DNA from: an uncultured delta proteobacterium
Lineage (GTDB): Bacteria > Myxococcota > Myxococcia > Myxococcales > Myxococcaceae
Assembly: GCA_963771175.1 (NCBI GenBank)
Contig: CAVYSY010000038.1
Location: 160,001 to 224,000 of the forward strand
DNA length: 64,000 nucleotides
Direction of reading: 5' to 3'
Under the pieces are notes generated by a model. It was not told where the DNA came from, made no database searches, and saw only the letters and a list, made by a program, of their open reading frames with translations. Made by a program: the position numbers and the translations under genes. This document shows positions 44,604 to 55,450 of the stretch, piece by piece. Each line of letters opens with the position of its first letter. Within the stretch, counting starts at the first letter, position 1.

Positions 44604-46793
44604 TCACGGCACGGCGGAGATGGGCCCCCAGGGGAGCGTGCTCCCCGCGGGACGGCACTCGCGCCAGGCCTCGCCGCTGCCCTGCACGGGCGTCCCGTTC
44701 CGCTCCAGCGGCACGCCCACCGGGCAGACGCCGCGGGTGATGTTGCCCGCCGTGTCACGCACCTCGAAGTGGAGGGAGTACACGCGACCATCCCCACCAT
44801 CGGAGCGGTCCGCGCGGACCTTCACGGTGGTGGCGTCCACGAAGACGACATCCGGCTCGACCCCGCTCTGCGGCTCGTCGGAGGCCACGCAGGAGATAGA
44901 GGCGGAGGCCCCCGTGTGGGTGAGCCCGCCGCTGCACTTGTCGTGCACGGTGATGCAGTCCTCGAGGCGCACGGTGCGCAAGCCCTGGTCCGCGGGCCAG
45001 AAGGGCGCGGGCGGCGCCAGGGTGACGGTGGGAGGCCGCGGGTCCACCACCTCGATGATGGAGGTGCACGAGGCCTCGTTGCCCGCGGAGTCCTTCGCCG
45101 TGTAGCGCACGGTGTTGGTGCCGAGCGTGTACCAGTCCGACAGCGGGCCGGAGACCTGGGCGCCCGAGCAGGAGTCGGAGGCGGTGGCCAGGCCGGGGGC
45201 GACATAGGCGGAGTTGCGGCTGGTGCACTCGGCGATGATGCGCTCGGGGCACACGACCACGGGCACCTGGGTGTCCACCACCGTCACGGTGGGAGCACAG
45301 GTCGCGGTGTTGCCGGACGCGTCCGTCGCCGCGTACGTGAGCGTGTGCGAGCCGAGCGGCAGGCTGACGGACTCGGGCTGCGTCACGCTCGCCGGGCCGC
45401 AGTTGTCCGTGGCGCTGGCCTGCGGCGGCGACACGACGGCGCGCCCCTCGCTGGAGCACTCCACGCGGAAGTCGGCGGGGCAGGCGAGCGCGGGAGCCTC
45501 GCAGTCACGCACCGTCACCATGGACCAGCAGGAGTCCCGCGCCTTGCCGTCCGAGGCGGTGACGCAGACGCCGTGCATGCCCGGGGCATAGGGGCCCAGC
45601 GGGTGCAGGTCCCACGACACCGCGTCCCCATCCGGGTCCGTGGCGGTGGCCAGGTCCGTGACGGTGGCGACGCACACGCCCGGGTCGGTGCAGACGGAGA
45701 CGTCGTGGCACGTGGCATCGGGAGCGTGGTTCTCCTCCCTCTGGCACGAGGCGTTGCAGCCGTCCCCGGGCTTCACATTGCCGTCATCGCAGGCCTCGCC
45801 GGGGTCGACGGTGCCGTTGCCACACACCTGGCAGTCCGTGTCCTGCCCATCCACCGCGCCGTCGCCGTCGTTGTCACTCCCATCGCCGCAGTCCTCGGCG
45901 GTGAGGATGACGGCGGTGCCACCGAGCATCACCGGCCTGCCGGCGTGCGGGCTGAAGGCCTCGTCGTTGTAGGCGAGCACGCGCAGGCCCGAGAAGCCGC
46001 TCGGCCCGGTGAAGACGTTGTGGAAGGACTTGTGGCTGAGCTCGAAGGCGGTGAGGGTGGGCGCGAACTCGCGCAGCTCCTCGGTGGGCTCCGCGACGTC
46101 GAAGGGCAGGTCGGCCGTCTCCAGTGGAATGGGGAGGAAGCCCCAACCCCCGGGGACCTCGGCCTGGGTGAGGGCGATGAGCGAGCCACCCTTCTCGTTG
46201 ATGAACCGGGCGAGCTCCGGCTGGCGCGCGTTGAGCGCGGAGATCTGCCGCGGATTGATGCCGCCCTGGGTGTGCCGCTCCGCCGAGGGCAGGTAGACGA
46301 AGGCGAAGCGGTTGAAGTCCACGTGGGAGATCTCCTCGAGGGTGCGCACGTGGGTGACGCGCGCGCCGGGGCCGCCATTGGAGGAGTCGTTCCAGCCATT
46401 GAAGGCGGCGAGGGCCTGGGCACCGTTGACGCCGACGGCGAGGATGCCGGTGCCACCCGAGCGAGAGCGAGAGAGAGCGGAGCGGAAGAGCGAGGGATAG
46501 AGCCCGCCGCAGCCCTTGGCCTCGCAGTGCCACAGGTCGTCGGCGTCATCGCCCGTCACGACGACGAAGCCCCCCCGGGTGGGCCCGGAGGAAGGCGGCG
46601 GGGAGGAGGGAGTCGAGGGATGCGGGGCGGTCTCCAGCACGGGTTCGGCGTCGTGGATGGAGGTCTCGTTCCAATCCTCGTAGTAACCCATCCCACAGCC
46701 GGAGACGAAACCGACGAGCGACAGGATGGACAGGCACACACCGAGGCCCGGAAGGACGCTGGGCAAGCGAACAGGCGGACACGTATCGCGCAT
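44604..46793 (-). CDS. HYR-domain lipoprotein with Myxococcus Cys-rich repeat
   Basis: VSGC lipobox; CGNGTVDPGEACDDGN..GDGCNASC; HYR units (ATDNC..TYAATDASGNTATC..VTVVD). Confidence 0.85.
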   Translation of the reverse strand: MRDTCPPVRLPSVLPGLGVCLSILSLVGFVSGCGMGYYEDWNETSIHDAEPVLETAPHPSTPSSPPPSSGPTRGGFVVVTGDDADDLWHCEAKGCGGLYPSLFRSALSRSRSGGTGILAVGVNGAQALAAFNGWNDSSNGGPGARVTHVRTLEEISHVDFNRFAFVYLPSAERHTQGGINPRQISALNARQPELARFINEKGGSLIALTQAEVPGGWGFLPIPLETADLPFDVAEPTEELREFAPTLTAFELSHKSFHNVFTGPSGFSGLRVLAYNDEAFSPHAGRPVMLGGTAVILTAEDCGDGSDNDGDGAVDGQDTDCQVCGNGTVDPGEACDDGNVKPGDGCNASCQREENHAPDATCHDVSVCTDPGVCVATVTDLATATDPDGDAVSWDLHPLGPYAPGMHGVCVTASDGKARDSCWSMVTVRDCEAPALACPADFRVECSSEGRAVVSPPQASATDNCGPASVTQPESVSLPLGSHTLTYAATDASGNTATCAPTVTVVDTQVPVVVCPERIIAECTSRNSAYVAPGLATASDSCSGAQVSGPLSDWYTLGTNTVRYTAKDSAGNEASCTSIIEVVDPRPPTVTLAPPAPFWPADQGLRTVRLEDCITVHDKCSGGLTHTGASASISCVASDEPQSGVEPDVVFVDATTVKVRADRSDGGDGRVYSLHFEVRDTAGNITRGVCPVGVPLERNGTPVQGSGEAWRECRPAGSTLPWGPISAVP

Positions 46794-47054
46794 GGAGTTT
46801 CCCCAACGTGGGCAACGAAGCACCCACGCTGGGCAAATCAGTAGTGATGCAGTGCCATCCGCGAGGAGCGTGCGCGGAGGGCAATGTCCAGCGGGAGCGT
46901 GCCGGGCGTCGGCTCGTCGACGAACAAGGTGGAGCTCGCGTCCACCACGGACGTTCATCCCGTCCCGTGGGACTGTAGCCCTGTCATGGACGAACGATTC
47001 TCAGGCTGAGACAAACCGAGACGGCCGCGAGGGCAGGCAGCCGAGCGCGAAGGC

Positions 47055-48971
47055 CTACAGCTCCACCTGCGCGCCGAGCTCCACCACGCGGTTGGGCGGA
47101 ATCCGGAAGTACGCCGTGGCGCTGCGCGCGTTGCGCGACATCCACGCGAACAGGGCCTCGCGCCACAGCGCCATTCCCGGCTTCTTGCTCGGAATCAGCG
47201 TCTCCCGGCCCAGGAAGAACGACGTCCCCATCAGGTTGAACTGCAACCCCTTCTCCCTCGCCCGCTTGAGGATGTCCGGGACGCTCGGGTTCTCCATGAA
47301 GCCGTAGCGGGCAATCACCCGCACGAAGCCCCCGTCCAGCTTGAGGACCTCCACCCGCTCCTCCGGAGGCACGTGCGGCACCTCCTCCGAGGCGATGGTC
47401 AGCAGCATCACCTGCTCGTGCAGCACCTTGTTGTGCTTGAGGTTGTGCAGCAGCGCCGGCGGCGTGCCCTCGGGATTGCCCGTCATGAAGACGGCCGTGC
47501 CCGACACCCGCTCCGGCGGGTGGTCGCCGAAGCTCTCCAGCAGGGTCTTCAGGGGCATGCTGCTGCCGCGCAGCCGGTTGCCCAGGATGTCCCGCCCCCG
47601 CTTCCACGTCGTCATCAACGTGAACACCAGCAGGGCCAGGACGAGCGGGAACCATCCCCCCGCGGCGATCTTCACCGCGTTGGCGCCGAAGAAGGACAGG
47701 TCCACCACCGCGAACAGCCCCGCCACCGGTAGCGCCACCGCCCGCGACACGTTCCACCGCTCGCGCGCCACCACGTACGCCAGCCCCGTGGTAATCCCCA
47801 TCGTCGCCGTCACCGCGATGCCGTACGCCGCCGCCAGGTTCGTGGACGACTTGAAGCCCAGCACCAGCACGATGATGCCCACCAGCATCGCCACGTTGAT
47901 GCCCGGCAGGTAGATCTGCCCCCGCTCCTCCGCCGAGGTGTGCACCACCTCCAGGCGCGGGGTGTAGCCGAGTTGAATCGCCTGCTGCGTGAGCGAGAAC
48001 ACTCCCGAGATGAGCGCCTGCGAGGCAATCACCGTCGCCCCCGTGGCGAGGACCACCAGCGGGTAGAGCGCCCAGGAAGGGGCCATCAGGTAGAAGGGGT
48101 TGGTCGCCGCGCTCGGGTCGCGCAGCAGCAGCGCCCCCTGCCCCATGTAGTTGAGCATCAGCGCCGGCAGCACCACCGTGAACCACGCCCACTTGATGGG
48201 CCGCAACCCGAAGTGGCCCATGTCCGCGTAGAGCGCCTCGCCGCCCGTCACCACCAGGAACACCCCGCCCAGCACCAGGAAGCCGTGCCAGTGGTTCGCC
48301 ATGAAGAAGCGCACCGCCTGCATGGGGGAGAACGCCCAGATGACCGCCGGGTACGTCACCATCTCCTTCACCCCCAGCACCGCCAGGGTGATGAACCACA
48401 CCAGCATGAAGGGCCCGAAGATGGCGCCAATCCCCGCCGTCCCGTGCCGCTGGATGAGGAACAGGCCCACCAGGATGAGGATGGTCAGCGGCCGGATGTA
48501 CGGCTCGAAGAACGGCGTGGCCACGCTCAGACCCTCCACCGCGCTCAGCACCGAGATGGCCGGGGTGATGAGCCCATCCCCGTACAGCAGCGCCGCGCCG
48601 AAGAGGCCCAGGGTGATGACCACCGGCCTCACCTTCACCTCCTCGCCCCGCTTGCGCTGCATCGCCAGCGCCATCAGCGCCAGGATGCCGCCCTCGCCCC
48701 GGTTGTCCGCCCTCATCACGAAGACGAGGTACTTCACCGTCACCACGATGATGAGCGCCCAGAAGATGAGCGACAGCACCCCGAGCACGTTCTCGTGCGT
48801 CGCCGCCACGCCGTGGGGGCCCGTGAAGCACTCGCGCAGCGCGTACAGCGGGCTCGTCCCGATGTCGCCGTAGACAATGCCCAACGCCCCCAACGCCATC
48901 GGGGCGACACGTTTGTACGACTCCGCTGCTTCCGGAACGCTCATGGGCACCTGCTCTAATCCAACCGCCAC
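47055..48971 (-). CDS. kup: Potassium transporter Kup
   Basis: YGDIGTSPLY, DNRGEGG, TPAISVLSAVEG, TGGEALYADMGHFG, YGIAV, RVVELGAQVEL. Confidence 0.97.
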   Translation of the reverse strand: MAVGLEQVPMSVPEAAESYKRVAPMALGALGIVYGDIGTSPLYALRECFTGPHGVAATHENVLGVLSLIFWALIIVVTVKYLVFVMRADNRGEGGILALMALAMQRKRGEEVKVRPVVITLGLFGAALLYGDGLITPAISVLSAVEGLSVATPFFEPYIRPLTILILVGLFLIQRHGTAGIGAIFGPFMLVWFITLAVLGVKEMVTYPAVIWAFSPMQAVRFFMANHWHGFLVLGGVFLVVTGGEALYADMGHFGLRPIKWAWFTVVLPALMLNYMGQGALLLRDPSAATNPFYLMAPSWALYPLVVLATGATVIASQALISGVFSLTQQAIQLGYTPRLEVVHTSAEERGQIYLPGINVAMLVGIIVLVLGFKSSTNLAAAYGIAVTATMGITTGLAYVVARERWNVSRAVALPVAGLFAVVDLSFFGANAVKIAAGGWFPLVLALLVFTLMTTWKRGRDILGNRLRGSSMPLKTLLESFGDHPPERVSGTAVFMTGNPEGTPPALLHNLKHNKVLHEQVMLLTIASEEVPHVPPEERVEVLKLDGGFVRVIARYGFMENPSVPDILKRAREKGLQFNLMGTSFFLGRETLIPSKKPGMALWREALFAWMSRNARSATAYFRIPPNRVVELGAQVEL

Positions 48972-49109
48972 CCGTGAACAGTCCTTTTCGGCCCGTTCGA
49001 AGGTTGAGGCCCCAAGACGCCCCTGTTTTCAGCCCCTTGGCCTACACCCCTGAACACAACCCGGCCCCTTGCGTCCGGAATCCATCGCTTCCCCTGGGTT
49101 GCCACCCGG

Positions 49110-52100
49110 TTGGCCAACCTCTTGGATTCTCTCGGGTCGTGGTTTCTGTTCACATGGCGCGCCGCCACGGCAACGGCGGGTGGAGACCCCTTGGGAGCAA
49201 GAGCGACACAGCCACGCGCGCAGGACTCCGGCACCCCGGACAGCGAGCGACTGATGCTGCTCGCGGACGCTTCCCATCAGCTCGCCGACGCCGGCCTCGA
49301 GCCCCTCGCCGTGCTGGAGCGGCTGTGCGAGCTGGTCGTGCCCCGGCTGGGCACCGCCTGCTACGTGCTCCTGCTCTCCGAGGACGGCGCCTGGCTCAAC
49401 CCGGTGGCCTCGGCGCACGCGGACCCGGAGAAGGTGCGCGCCCTCATCGAGCGCCTCGACTCCGCCCCCCAGCGCGCGGACGAGTCCCTCCCCGCGAAGG
49501 TGCTGCGCACCGGCCGCGCCGCCCTCCTCACGCCGGAGGAGCTGACCCAGCTCAAACGGCAACTCCCCGCCGAGGTGCAGAAACACCTCCCGCGCTTCGC
49601 CTCCCTCCACCTGCTGCTGTTGCCGCTGCGCGCACGCCAGCGCCCGCTCGGCCTCATCGCCGTCCACCGCCGCGTGGAGGCGCCTCCTTTCGAGAAGGAC
49701 GAGCAGCTCCTGCTGCAGGAGCTCGTCGACCGCGCGGGGCTGGCGCTGGACCTGGCGCGCGCCTACGAGGCCGAGCGCCGGGCCCGTCACGCCGCGGAGG
49801 TGGCCGCCGAGCGGCTCACCCGCCTGCAGCGCGTCACCGAGGCCCTCAGCGAGGCCGTTACCCCCGCGGATGTGAGCCGCGTCATCATCAAGGAGATGGT
49901 CGCCGCCCTCGGCGCGGACCGGGCCATCGCCGCCACCCCGGTGCCAGGAGAGCCCGAGCAGCTCGAGGTGGTGGGCCAGCACGGCGTCTCGCCGGAGGCC
50001 CTGGCGCACTCCCCCCGCATCTCCCCCACCGCCCCGCTGCCCGTGGCGGTGGCGTACCGCACCGGCGAGCCGGTGTGGCTCGAGTCGCCAGAGGCCGTCT
50101 CCACCGCGTTCCCCCGCATCCTCGTCTCGGAGCCCGGGGTGACGCAGGCGGTGGTCGCCCTGCCGCTACGGGCGCGCGGGCGGACCCTGGGCTCCATCGG
50201 CTTCGGCTTCGACACGCGGCGCACGTTTGGCCCGGACGAGCGCTGCCTGATGGTGGAGCTGTCGCGGCAGAGTGCCCAGGCCCTGGAGCGCGCCTGGCTC
50301 TACGAGGCCGCGCAGCAGGCCCGTAACCGCGCCGAGCGCGTCGCCGCGCGCACCGCCCGCCTGCAGACGCTCAACACCGCCCTCTCCCAGGTGCTCACCG
50401 CCTCGCGCGTGGCGGAGGTCGTCATCGACCAGGGAGTGGCGGCCATCGGCGCCGAGATGGGTGGCCTCTGGCTGGTGGACGAGTCCGAGCCCCAGGCCCG
50501 GCTGCTGCGCTGCGTGGGGATGGCACCGGGGGTGGTCTGCGCCCTCTCCACCCTGCCGCTGACCCACCCCATGCCCCTGACCGACGTCATCCAGCGCGAG
50601 CAGCCGGTGTGGCTCGAGTCGCCCGAGGAGGTCGCCCGTCACTACCCCCAGACAGGGAAGCAGTTGAGCGAGCTGATGCCGTCCACCCCCGCCTTCTCCA
50701 TGGCTTGCCTGCCGCTGCTGGTGGACGGGCGCAGCCTGGGCGGGCTCGTCTTCGGCTTCCCCAGCGCGCACCGCTTCGACGACGACGAGCGCGTCTTCCT
50801 CACGCTGCTGACCCACCACGCCGCCCAGGCGCTCGAGCGGGCCCGGCTCTTCGCCCAGGAGCGCAGCGCCCGCGAGGCCCTGCGCGACGCCCACCACACG
50901 CTGGAAGCCATCATCCAGTCCTCGCCCACCGCCATCACCTTGATGGAGCTGGACGGCACGCTGCGCCTGTGGAACCCCGCCGCCGAGCGCATCTTCGGCT
51001 GGAAGGCCGAGGAGGTGCTCGGTCGCATCCCCCCCGCCGTCCCCGAGGAGAAACGGGAGGAACTGCGCGACAACCTCGCGCGCATCGCCCGCGGCGAGTC
51101 CATCCTGGGCCTGGAGACGCACCGCCAGCGACGCGACGGCACCACCATCGCCGTGTCCATGTGGAGCACCTCGGTACGGCTGGCCGATGACCAGCGGCTG
51201 TGCCTCACCGTGGTGGCGGACATCACCGAGCGCAAGCGCGCCGAGCAGGCCCTGCGCTTCCTCGCCGAGGCCAGCACCGTGCTCGCCAGCTCGCTGGAGC
51301 ACGAGGTGACGCTGGAGCGGGTGGCGCACCTGGCCGTCCCCACGTACGCCGAGGGCTGCTACGTGTACCTGCTCGGAGATGGAGGCGCGGTGAGCTGCGT
51401 GGCCACCGCCCGCGAGGGGGAACAACCCGCGCTGCCTCGGGAGCTGGGGCCGCTGGCGCCGGGGGTCTCCGCCGTCTCACGCGTCATCGCCTCGGGCCAG
51501 CCGGAGCTGCGCGCGGACCGCTCCGGCCTCCCGCCCCCGTCGACCCCCGGGAGCACCACGCTGCCGTGCGAGCTGGCGGCGCGCTCCTACCTCTGCGTGC
51601 CCCTGGTCGTCCGCGGACAGACAATCGGCGCGCTGTCCTTCGTCTCGTCCCGGTACAGCTACGACGCGCAGGACCTGACCCTGGCCCAGGAGCTGGCCCG
51701 GCGCGCCGCCCTGGCCATCGACAACGCCCGCCTCTACCGCGAGGCGCGTCATGCCATCCGCCTGCGCGAGGAGTTCCTCTCCATCGCCAGCCACGAGCTG
51801 CGCACCCCCATCACCGCCATCCAGCTCCAGGTGCAGGGACTGCGGGGGGCCCTCGCCCGGAATCCCGACGGGCTTCCCCCGGAGCGGCTGCGCCGCGGTC
51901 TGGAGCTGCTGGACCGGCAGACGAAGCGGCAGATGCAGCTCGTGAGCGACCTGCTGGACGTATCGCGCCTGCGGGAGGGCCGGCTCGTGCTACGGCCAGA
52001 GCCCTTGGAGCTCGTGGCCCTGACGCGCGAGGTGGCGGAGCACTTCGAGCCGGAGCTGGCGCGCACCGGCTCGCGCATCACCGTGCACGCCCCCGCCGCG

Positions 52101-52448
52101 GTGCCCGGCACCTGGGACCGAGCGCGGCTGGAGCAGGTGCTGACGAACCTCATCTCCAACGCGGTGAAGTACGGGCAGGACAACCCCATCGAGCTCACCG
52201 TCGAGGCCACGGAGGGGCGCGCCCGCCTGGTGGTGCGTGACACGGGCATCGGCATCGCCACCGAGCACCTGGAGCGCGTCTTCAACCGCTTCGAGCGCGC
52301 GGTGTCCGAGCGCCACTACGGCGGCTTCGGCCTGGGGCTGTGGATTGCCCGGCGCATCGTCGAGGCCATGGGTGGCCGCATCACCGTGGCCAGCGAGCTG
52401 GGCGTGGGCTCCACCTTCTCCGTGGAGCTGCCCCTCGCGCCCGCCTGA
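49110..52448 (+). CDS. Multi-GAF/PAS sensor histidine kinase (start uncertain)
   Basis: Several GAF units, PAS (WNPAAERIFGW), SHELRTP, NLISNAVKY, DTGIGI, GFGLGL. Confidence 0.93.
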   Translation: MANLLDSLGSWFLFTWRAATATAGGDPLGARATQPRAQDSGTPDSERLMLLADASHQLADAGLEPLAVLERLCELVVPRLGTACYVLLLSEDGAWLNPVASAHADPEKVRALIERLDSAPQRADESLPAKVLRTGRAALLTPEELTQLKRQLPAEVQKHLPRFASLHLLLLPLRARQRPLGLIAVHRRVEAPPFEKDEQLLLQELVDRAGLALDLARAYEAERRARHAAEVAAERLTRLQRVTEALSEAVTPADVSRVIIKEMVAALGADRAIAATPVPGEPEQLEVVGQHGVSPEALAHSPRISPTAPLPVAVAYRTGEPVWLESPEAVSTAFPRILVSEPGVTQAVVALPLRARGRTLGSIGFGFDTRRTFGPDERCLMVELSRQSAQALERAWLYEAAQQARNRAERVAARTARLQTLNTALSQVLTASRVAEVVIDQGVAAIGAEMGGLWLVDESEPQARLLRCVGMAPGVVCALSTLPLTHPMPLTDVIQREQPVWLESPEEVARHYPQTGKQLSELMPSTPAFSMACLPLLVDGRSLGGLVFGFPSAHRFDDDERVFLTLLTHHAAQALERARLFAQERSAREALRDAHHTLEAIIQSSPTAITLMELDGTLRLWNPAAERIFGWKAEEVLGRIPPAVPEEKREELRDNLARIARGESILGLETHRQRRDGTTIAVSMWSTSVRLADDQRLCLTVVADITERKRAEQALRFLAEASTVLASSLEHEVTLERVAHLAVPTYAEGCYVYLLGDGGAVSCVATAREGEQPALPRELGPLAPGVSAVSRVIASGQPELRADRSGLPPPSTPGSTTLPCELAARSYLCVPLVVRGQTIGALSFVSSRYSYDAQDLTLAQELARRAALAIDNARLYREARHAIRLREEFLSIASHELRTPITAIQLQVQGLRGALARNPDGLPPERLRRGLELLDRQTKRQMQLVSDLLDVSRLREGRLVLRPEPLELVALTREVAEHFEPELARTGSRITVHAPAAVPGTWDRARLEQVLTNLISNAVKYGQDNPIELTVEATEGRARLVVRDTGIGIATEHLERVFNRFERAVSERHYGGFGLGLWIARRIVEAMGGRITVASELGVGSTFSVELPLAPA

Positions 52449-52559
52449 GCGGGAAGGGAACGACCAGACAGGCGCGTCACAGCGTCCGGATCCGGCGAGA
52501 CATTCTCGAGCAGGGCCCTCTGACTTGGGACGAAACCCCCTTGCTCGAAAGGACGAGAC

Positions 52560-52832
52560 ATGGACGCGAGAACGCAGTCGGGCGTCAGCACCTTCACGAA
52601 GCTGCTCGCCGTGCTGGTCATCCTCGGAGCCATCACCTGGGGCCTCATCGGCCTCTTCCAGTGGAACCTCGTGAACGCCCTCTTCGGAGGCGACGTGTCC
52701 CCGGCGGACTCCAGCCGCCTCAGCCAGATCCTCTACATCCTGGTGGGCCTGTCCGGCGTGGCGCTCGCCTTCACCTTCCCCTGGAGGAGCAGGGGCGGGT
52801 GGTACGAGCCGCGCCGGGAAGTCCTTCCGTAG
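52560..52832 (+). CDS. DUF378 small membrane protein
   Basis: LVILGAITWGLIGLFQWNLVNALFG..ILYILVGLSG. Confidence 0.85.
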   Translation: MDARTQSGVSTFTKLLAVLVILGAITWGLIGLFQWNLVNALFGGDVSPADSSRLSQILYILVGLSGVALAFTFPWRSRGGWYEPRREVLP

Positions 52833-52847
52833 TCGGGAGAAAGGACT

Positions 52848-52877
52848 CCGGCCGGGGCGCGTGGGCACCCCGGCCGG
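52848..52877. terminator. GC-rich hairpin between convergent genes
   Basis: CCGGCCGGGG...CCCCGGCCGG stem. Confidence 0.6.
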
Positions 52878-52903
52878 GACATGCAGCTCCCGCGCTCCTC
52901 ACT

Positions 52904-54403
52904 TCAAGGCAGCAGGTTGGCCTTGTCGTTGATGGGCGACAGGTCGCCCGCGAAGTTGAGCAGATCCGTCATCTCGAACTCGCCCGCCTTGGCCGAGGGC
53001 AGCGTCGGCCGCCACTGCGGGTTGCTGGCCAGGAAGGAGCCGTTGTCCAGCTCGAGCATGCCCACGAAGACCTCGGACAGGATGCGGCTGCCCACGGGAC
53101 CGAGCCGCTTGCTGTCGCCGCGCTGCTCGGCCTCCTTGAGGATGTAGTACCAGAGCGGCGTCTCGACGTGCAGGCCGTGCTTCTCGGCCACCGCCCCATC
53201 GGGTCCCTTGGCGATGTCCTTGGGCGAGAGGGGCTCGATGCGCATGCGCCGCGCCACGTTCTGACCGGAGGGGAGCCCGAGGCTGCGCCCGCGCCGGAGG
53301 TTGGCGATGGGCAGGTTGACGCCGGGCAGGACCCCGTGGTCGGGAATCTCGGAGAGCGTCGGCGCGAGGAACGGGTCGAGCTTGCGGCTGAGGCCGGCCG
53401 TCACCCCATCGCCAGCGAACCGGAAGAACCGCCGCCAGTCGATGATCCAATCGCTGGGGATGGGCACGTTCTTGCCCGAGCGTCCGGAGAAGCGGAACAG
53501 GAGCTGGAGCGACGCCGGCACCCGCTTGCGAGGACTGTCCTTGAAGGTGAAGACCTCGTTGTAGTCGTACGCATCGCGCACCATGCTGTGCCCCAGGCGG
53601 TAGGCGGCGGCGGAGAACTCCACCGGGATGAAGGCATCCCCCTCCGGGAGGTAGAACGCCCGGCCCCGCTCCAGCACGTCGCCGAGCACCTTCTTGTCCA
53701 CCAACCGCGGCAGGAAGTCGTGCAGGACAATCCACTGGTAGTGCCAGATGACGAGCTTGCGCGCCTGCTCGAACAGGGTGGCCTGGGTCGCCGACGGGGG
53801 CGGCTTGAGGGTGCCGGCCTTGAGGCCCTCGACCACCTTGTTGTGGAAGCGGAGGAACGCCAGGTGGAGCTGGGCGACGATGAGGTTCTCGTCGTTGCGC
53901 GGGTCACCGATGATGGCCTGCGCCTGAGCGCCACGCGGCAGGTCGAAGGGGAGCGACGGCTTCACCTTCGGGTCGCCCGCGCCCGGGGCCGTGTTGGTGC
54001 TCCCGATGACGAAGAGCGCCTCGTTGGGAGGGAGCTGGTAGAGGTAGGGCTGATCGCCCGGTCCCCGGCCATAGACGCAGTCCAGGTCGAGTGCCGGTGT
54101 GCGGAAGTTGTGGAGCGCCAGCGGGTCGACCTGCACCTCCTGGATGGGCGTGGTGTCGAAGGTGATGTCGTGGTCGATGAACTGGCCGAGGTACGTGAAG
54201 CCCGCGGGGACGTCCTCGTTGTCACCCTTCGGGTCCGCGGGGATGGCGTCCTTCATCGCGCGGCCAAGGTCATCCAGGACCTCCACCGGCGGTAACAGCG
54301 GCTGGAGCGACGGAAAAATCCTCCCGAACTTCCCCGAGGGGACGAACTGCCCCAGCGGGGTCCCCTCCCCATTGCGAATCAAAATCCCATGAATTCCTGG
54401 CAT
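52904..54403 (-). CDS. Animal-type heme peroxidase family protein
   Basis: TYLGQFIDHDIT, GDPRNDEN, EFSAAAYRLGHSMVR, TPLWYYILKEAE, LGPVGSRI. Confidence 0.9.
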   Translation of the reverse strand: MPGIHGILIRNGEGTPLGQFVPSGKFGRIFPSLQPLLPPVEVLDDLGRAMKDAIPADPKGDNEDVPAGFTYLGQFIDHDITFDTTPIQEVQVDPLALHNFRTPALDLDCVYGRGPGDQPYLYQLPPNEALFVIGSTNTAPGAGDPKVKPSLPFDLPRGAQAQAIIGDPRNDENLIVAQLHLAFLRFHNKVVEGLKAGTLKPPPSATQATLFEQARKLVIWHYQWIVLHDFLPRLVDKKVLGDVLERGRAFYLPEGDAFIPVEFSAAAYRLGHSMVRDAYDYNEVFTFKDSPRKRVPASLQLLFRFSGRSGKNVPIPSDWIIDWRRFFRFAGDGVTAGLSRKLDPFLAPTLSEIPDHGVLPGVNLPIANLRRGRSLGLPSGQNVARRMRIEPLSPKDIAKGPDGAVAEKHGLHVETPLWYYILKEAEQRGDSKRLGPVGSRILSEVFVGMLELDNGSFLASNPQWRPTLPSAKAGEFEMTDLLNFAGDLSPINDKANLLP

Positions 54404-54604
54404 GGCTCTCCCTCGTGTAGGTGATGCATCGAGACAGACGTCACACATTGCGTCTGTGATCGCGGGCATGCCCCAGGGTGGGAAGCTCGGTGGGCTGGCA
54501 GCCACGCATCTCGAACGCGACCGCTAGATTTCAACGCGTGTAACGGGCCGCAATGCCCCGCGGGGCACCTGTCCGGAAGCACCCTCGACTCTCGGCCGGC
54601 GGGA

Positions 54605-55387
54605 CTACGTGTTGCTGGAGCCGCCGACCGCGCCGCGCCACGCCCGCCACCGCACGAGCGCGCAGCCCAGGGAGAGCCCGACGAGCGTGCCGGTGACGGT
54701 GGGCCAGAAGGCCCACCAGAGCTGCGCCTCCAACGCGCCCATGTCCTGGTAGCGCGCCAGCCGCAACGCGAGTCCCACGAAAGCCCCGGTGGCGGTGGGC
54801 AGCAGCATGCGAAGGAAGTCAGACCAGGAGCCCCCTCGCACGGGGGCCAGACTCGAATAGCGGCGCGCCATGTACCCGAGCACGATGAGCGAGCCCACGA
54901 GGGACGAGGCGTGCTGGAGGACACGGGCGAGCGGCAGCTCCCGGCTTCCGGCGAGAACACGCACCTCCGGGTAGAGGACGTCCGCGGGCCACATGCCGTG
55001 GTGGGTGAAACCATCCCAGAGGATGTGCGTGGCGGCCCCGAGCACGAGCGCCCCGGCGGCGACCCCCCAGGCGAGAGGCGTGCGCGGCAGGCCCCCGGTG
55101 CTGACGAAGCGGCCCCACTGCACACCGCCGACCTCGGGCAGGGCGAGGCGCAGCGCGGGCAGGACGAGCGCCTCCAGCCACACCAGTACCGCGAGGCCCA
55201 TGGGAACACAGAAGAGGACGAAACCGGGGACCGCATGCGAGAGGAGGCCCAGCCCTCGCACCGCGTACAAATAGGAGAGGTCGGGCGCACAGGCTCCGAC
55301 GACGAGCGCGGTGGGCAGCAACCCCCGGCGGAAGAGCCGGAAGAAGGGCAGCACCGCGGCGGCATGGGCAGGGAGGGTGACGGGCAT
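54605..55387 (-). CDS. DUF4184 family membrane protein
   Basis: MPVTLPAHAAAVLP, GACAPD, THILWDGFTH, LQHASS. Confidence 0.85.
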   Translation of the reverse strand: MPVTLPAHAAAVLPFFRLFRRGLLPTALVVGACAPDLSYLYAVRGLGLLSHAVPGFVLFCVPMGLAVLVWLEALVLPALRLALPEVGGVQWGRFVSTGGLPRTPLAWGVAAGALVLGAATHILWDGFTHHGMWPADVLYPEVRVLAGSRELPLARVLQHASSLVGSLIVLGYMARRYSSLAPVRGGSWSDFLRMLLPTATGAFVGLALRLARYQDMGALEAQLWWAFWPTVTGTLVGLSLGCALVRWRAWRGAVGGSSNT

Positions 55388-55450
55388 GGGTGTCCGCCCC
55401 CATGCGTAGTCACGATGCCGCCCGGGGCAACCCCCTCGGGTCACATCCCG

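Noticed and set aside
48972..49200. c-di-AMP (ydaO) riboswitch upstream of kup
   Set aside because: Consensus motifs not found on the minus strand by eye; an Infernal/Rfam scan would settle it.
52525..52545. Sigma-54 promoter-like TGGGACG...TTGC upstream of the DUF378 gene
   Set aside because: GG-to-GC spacing is longer than the required 10 nt.
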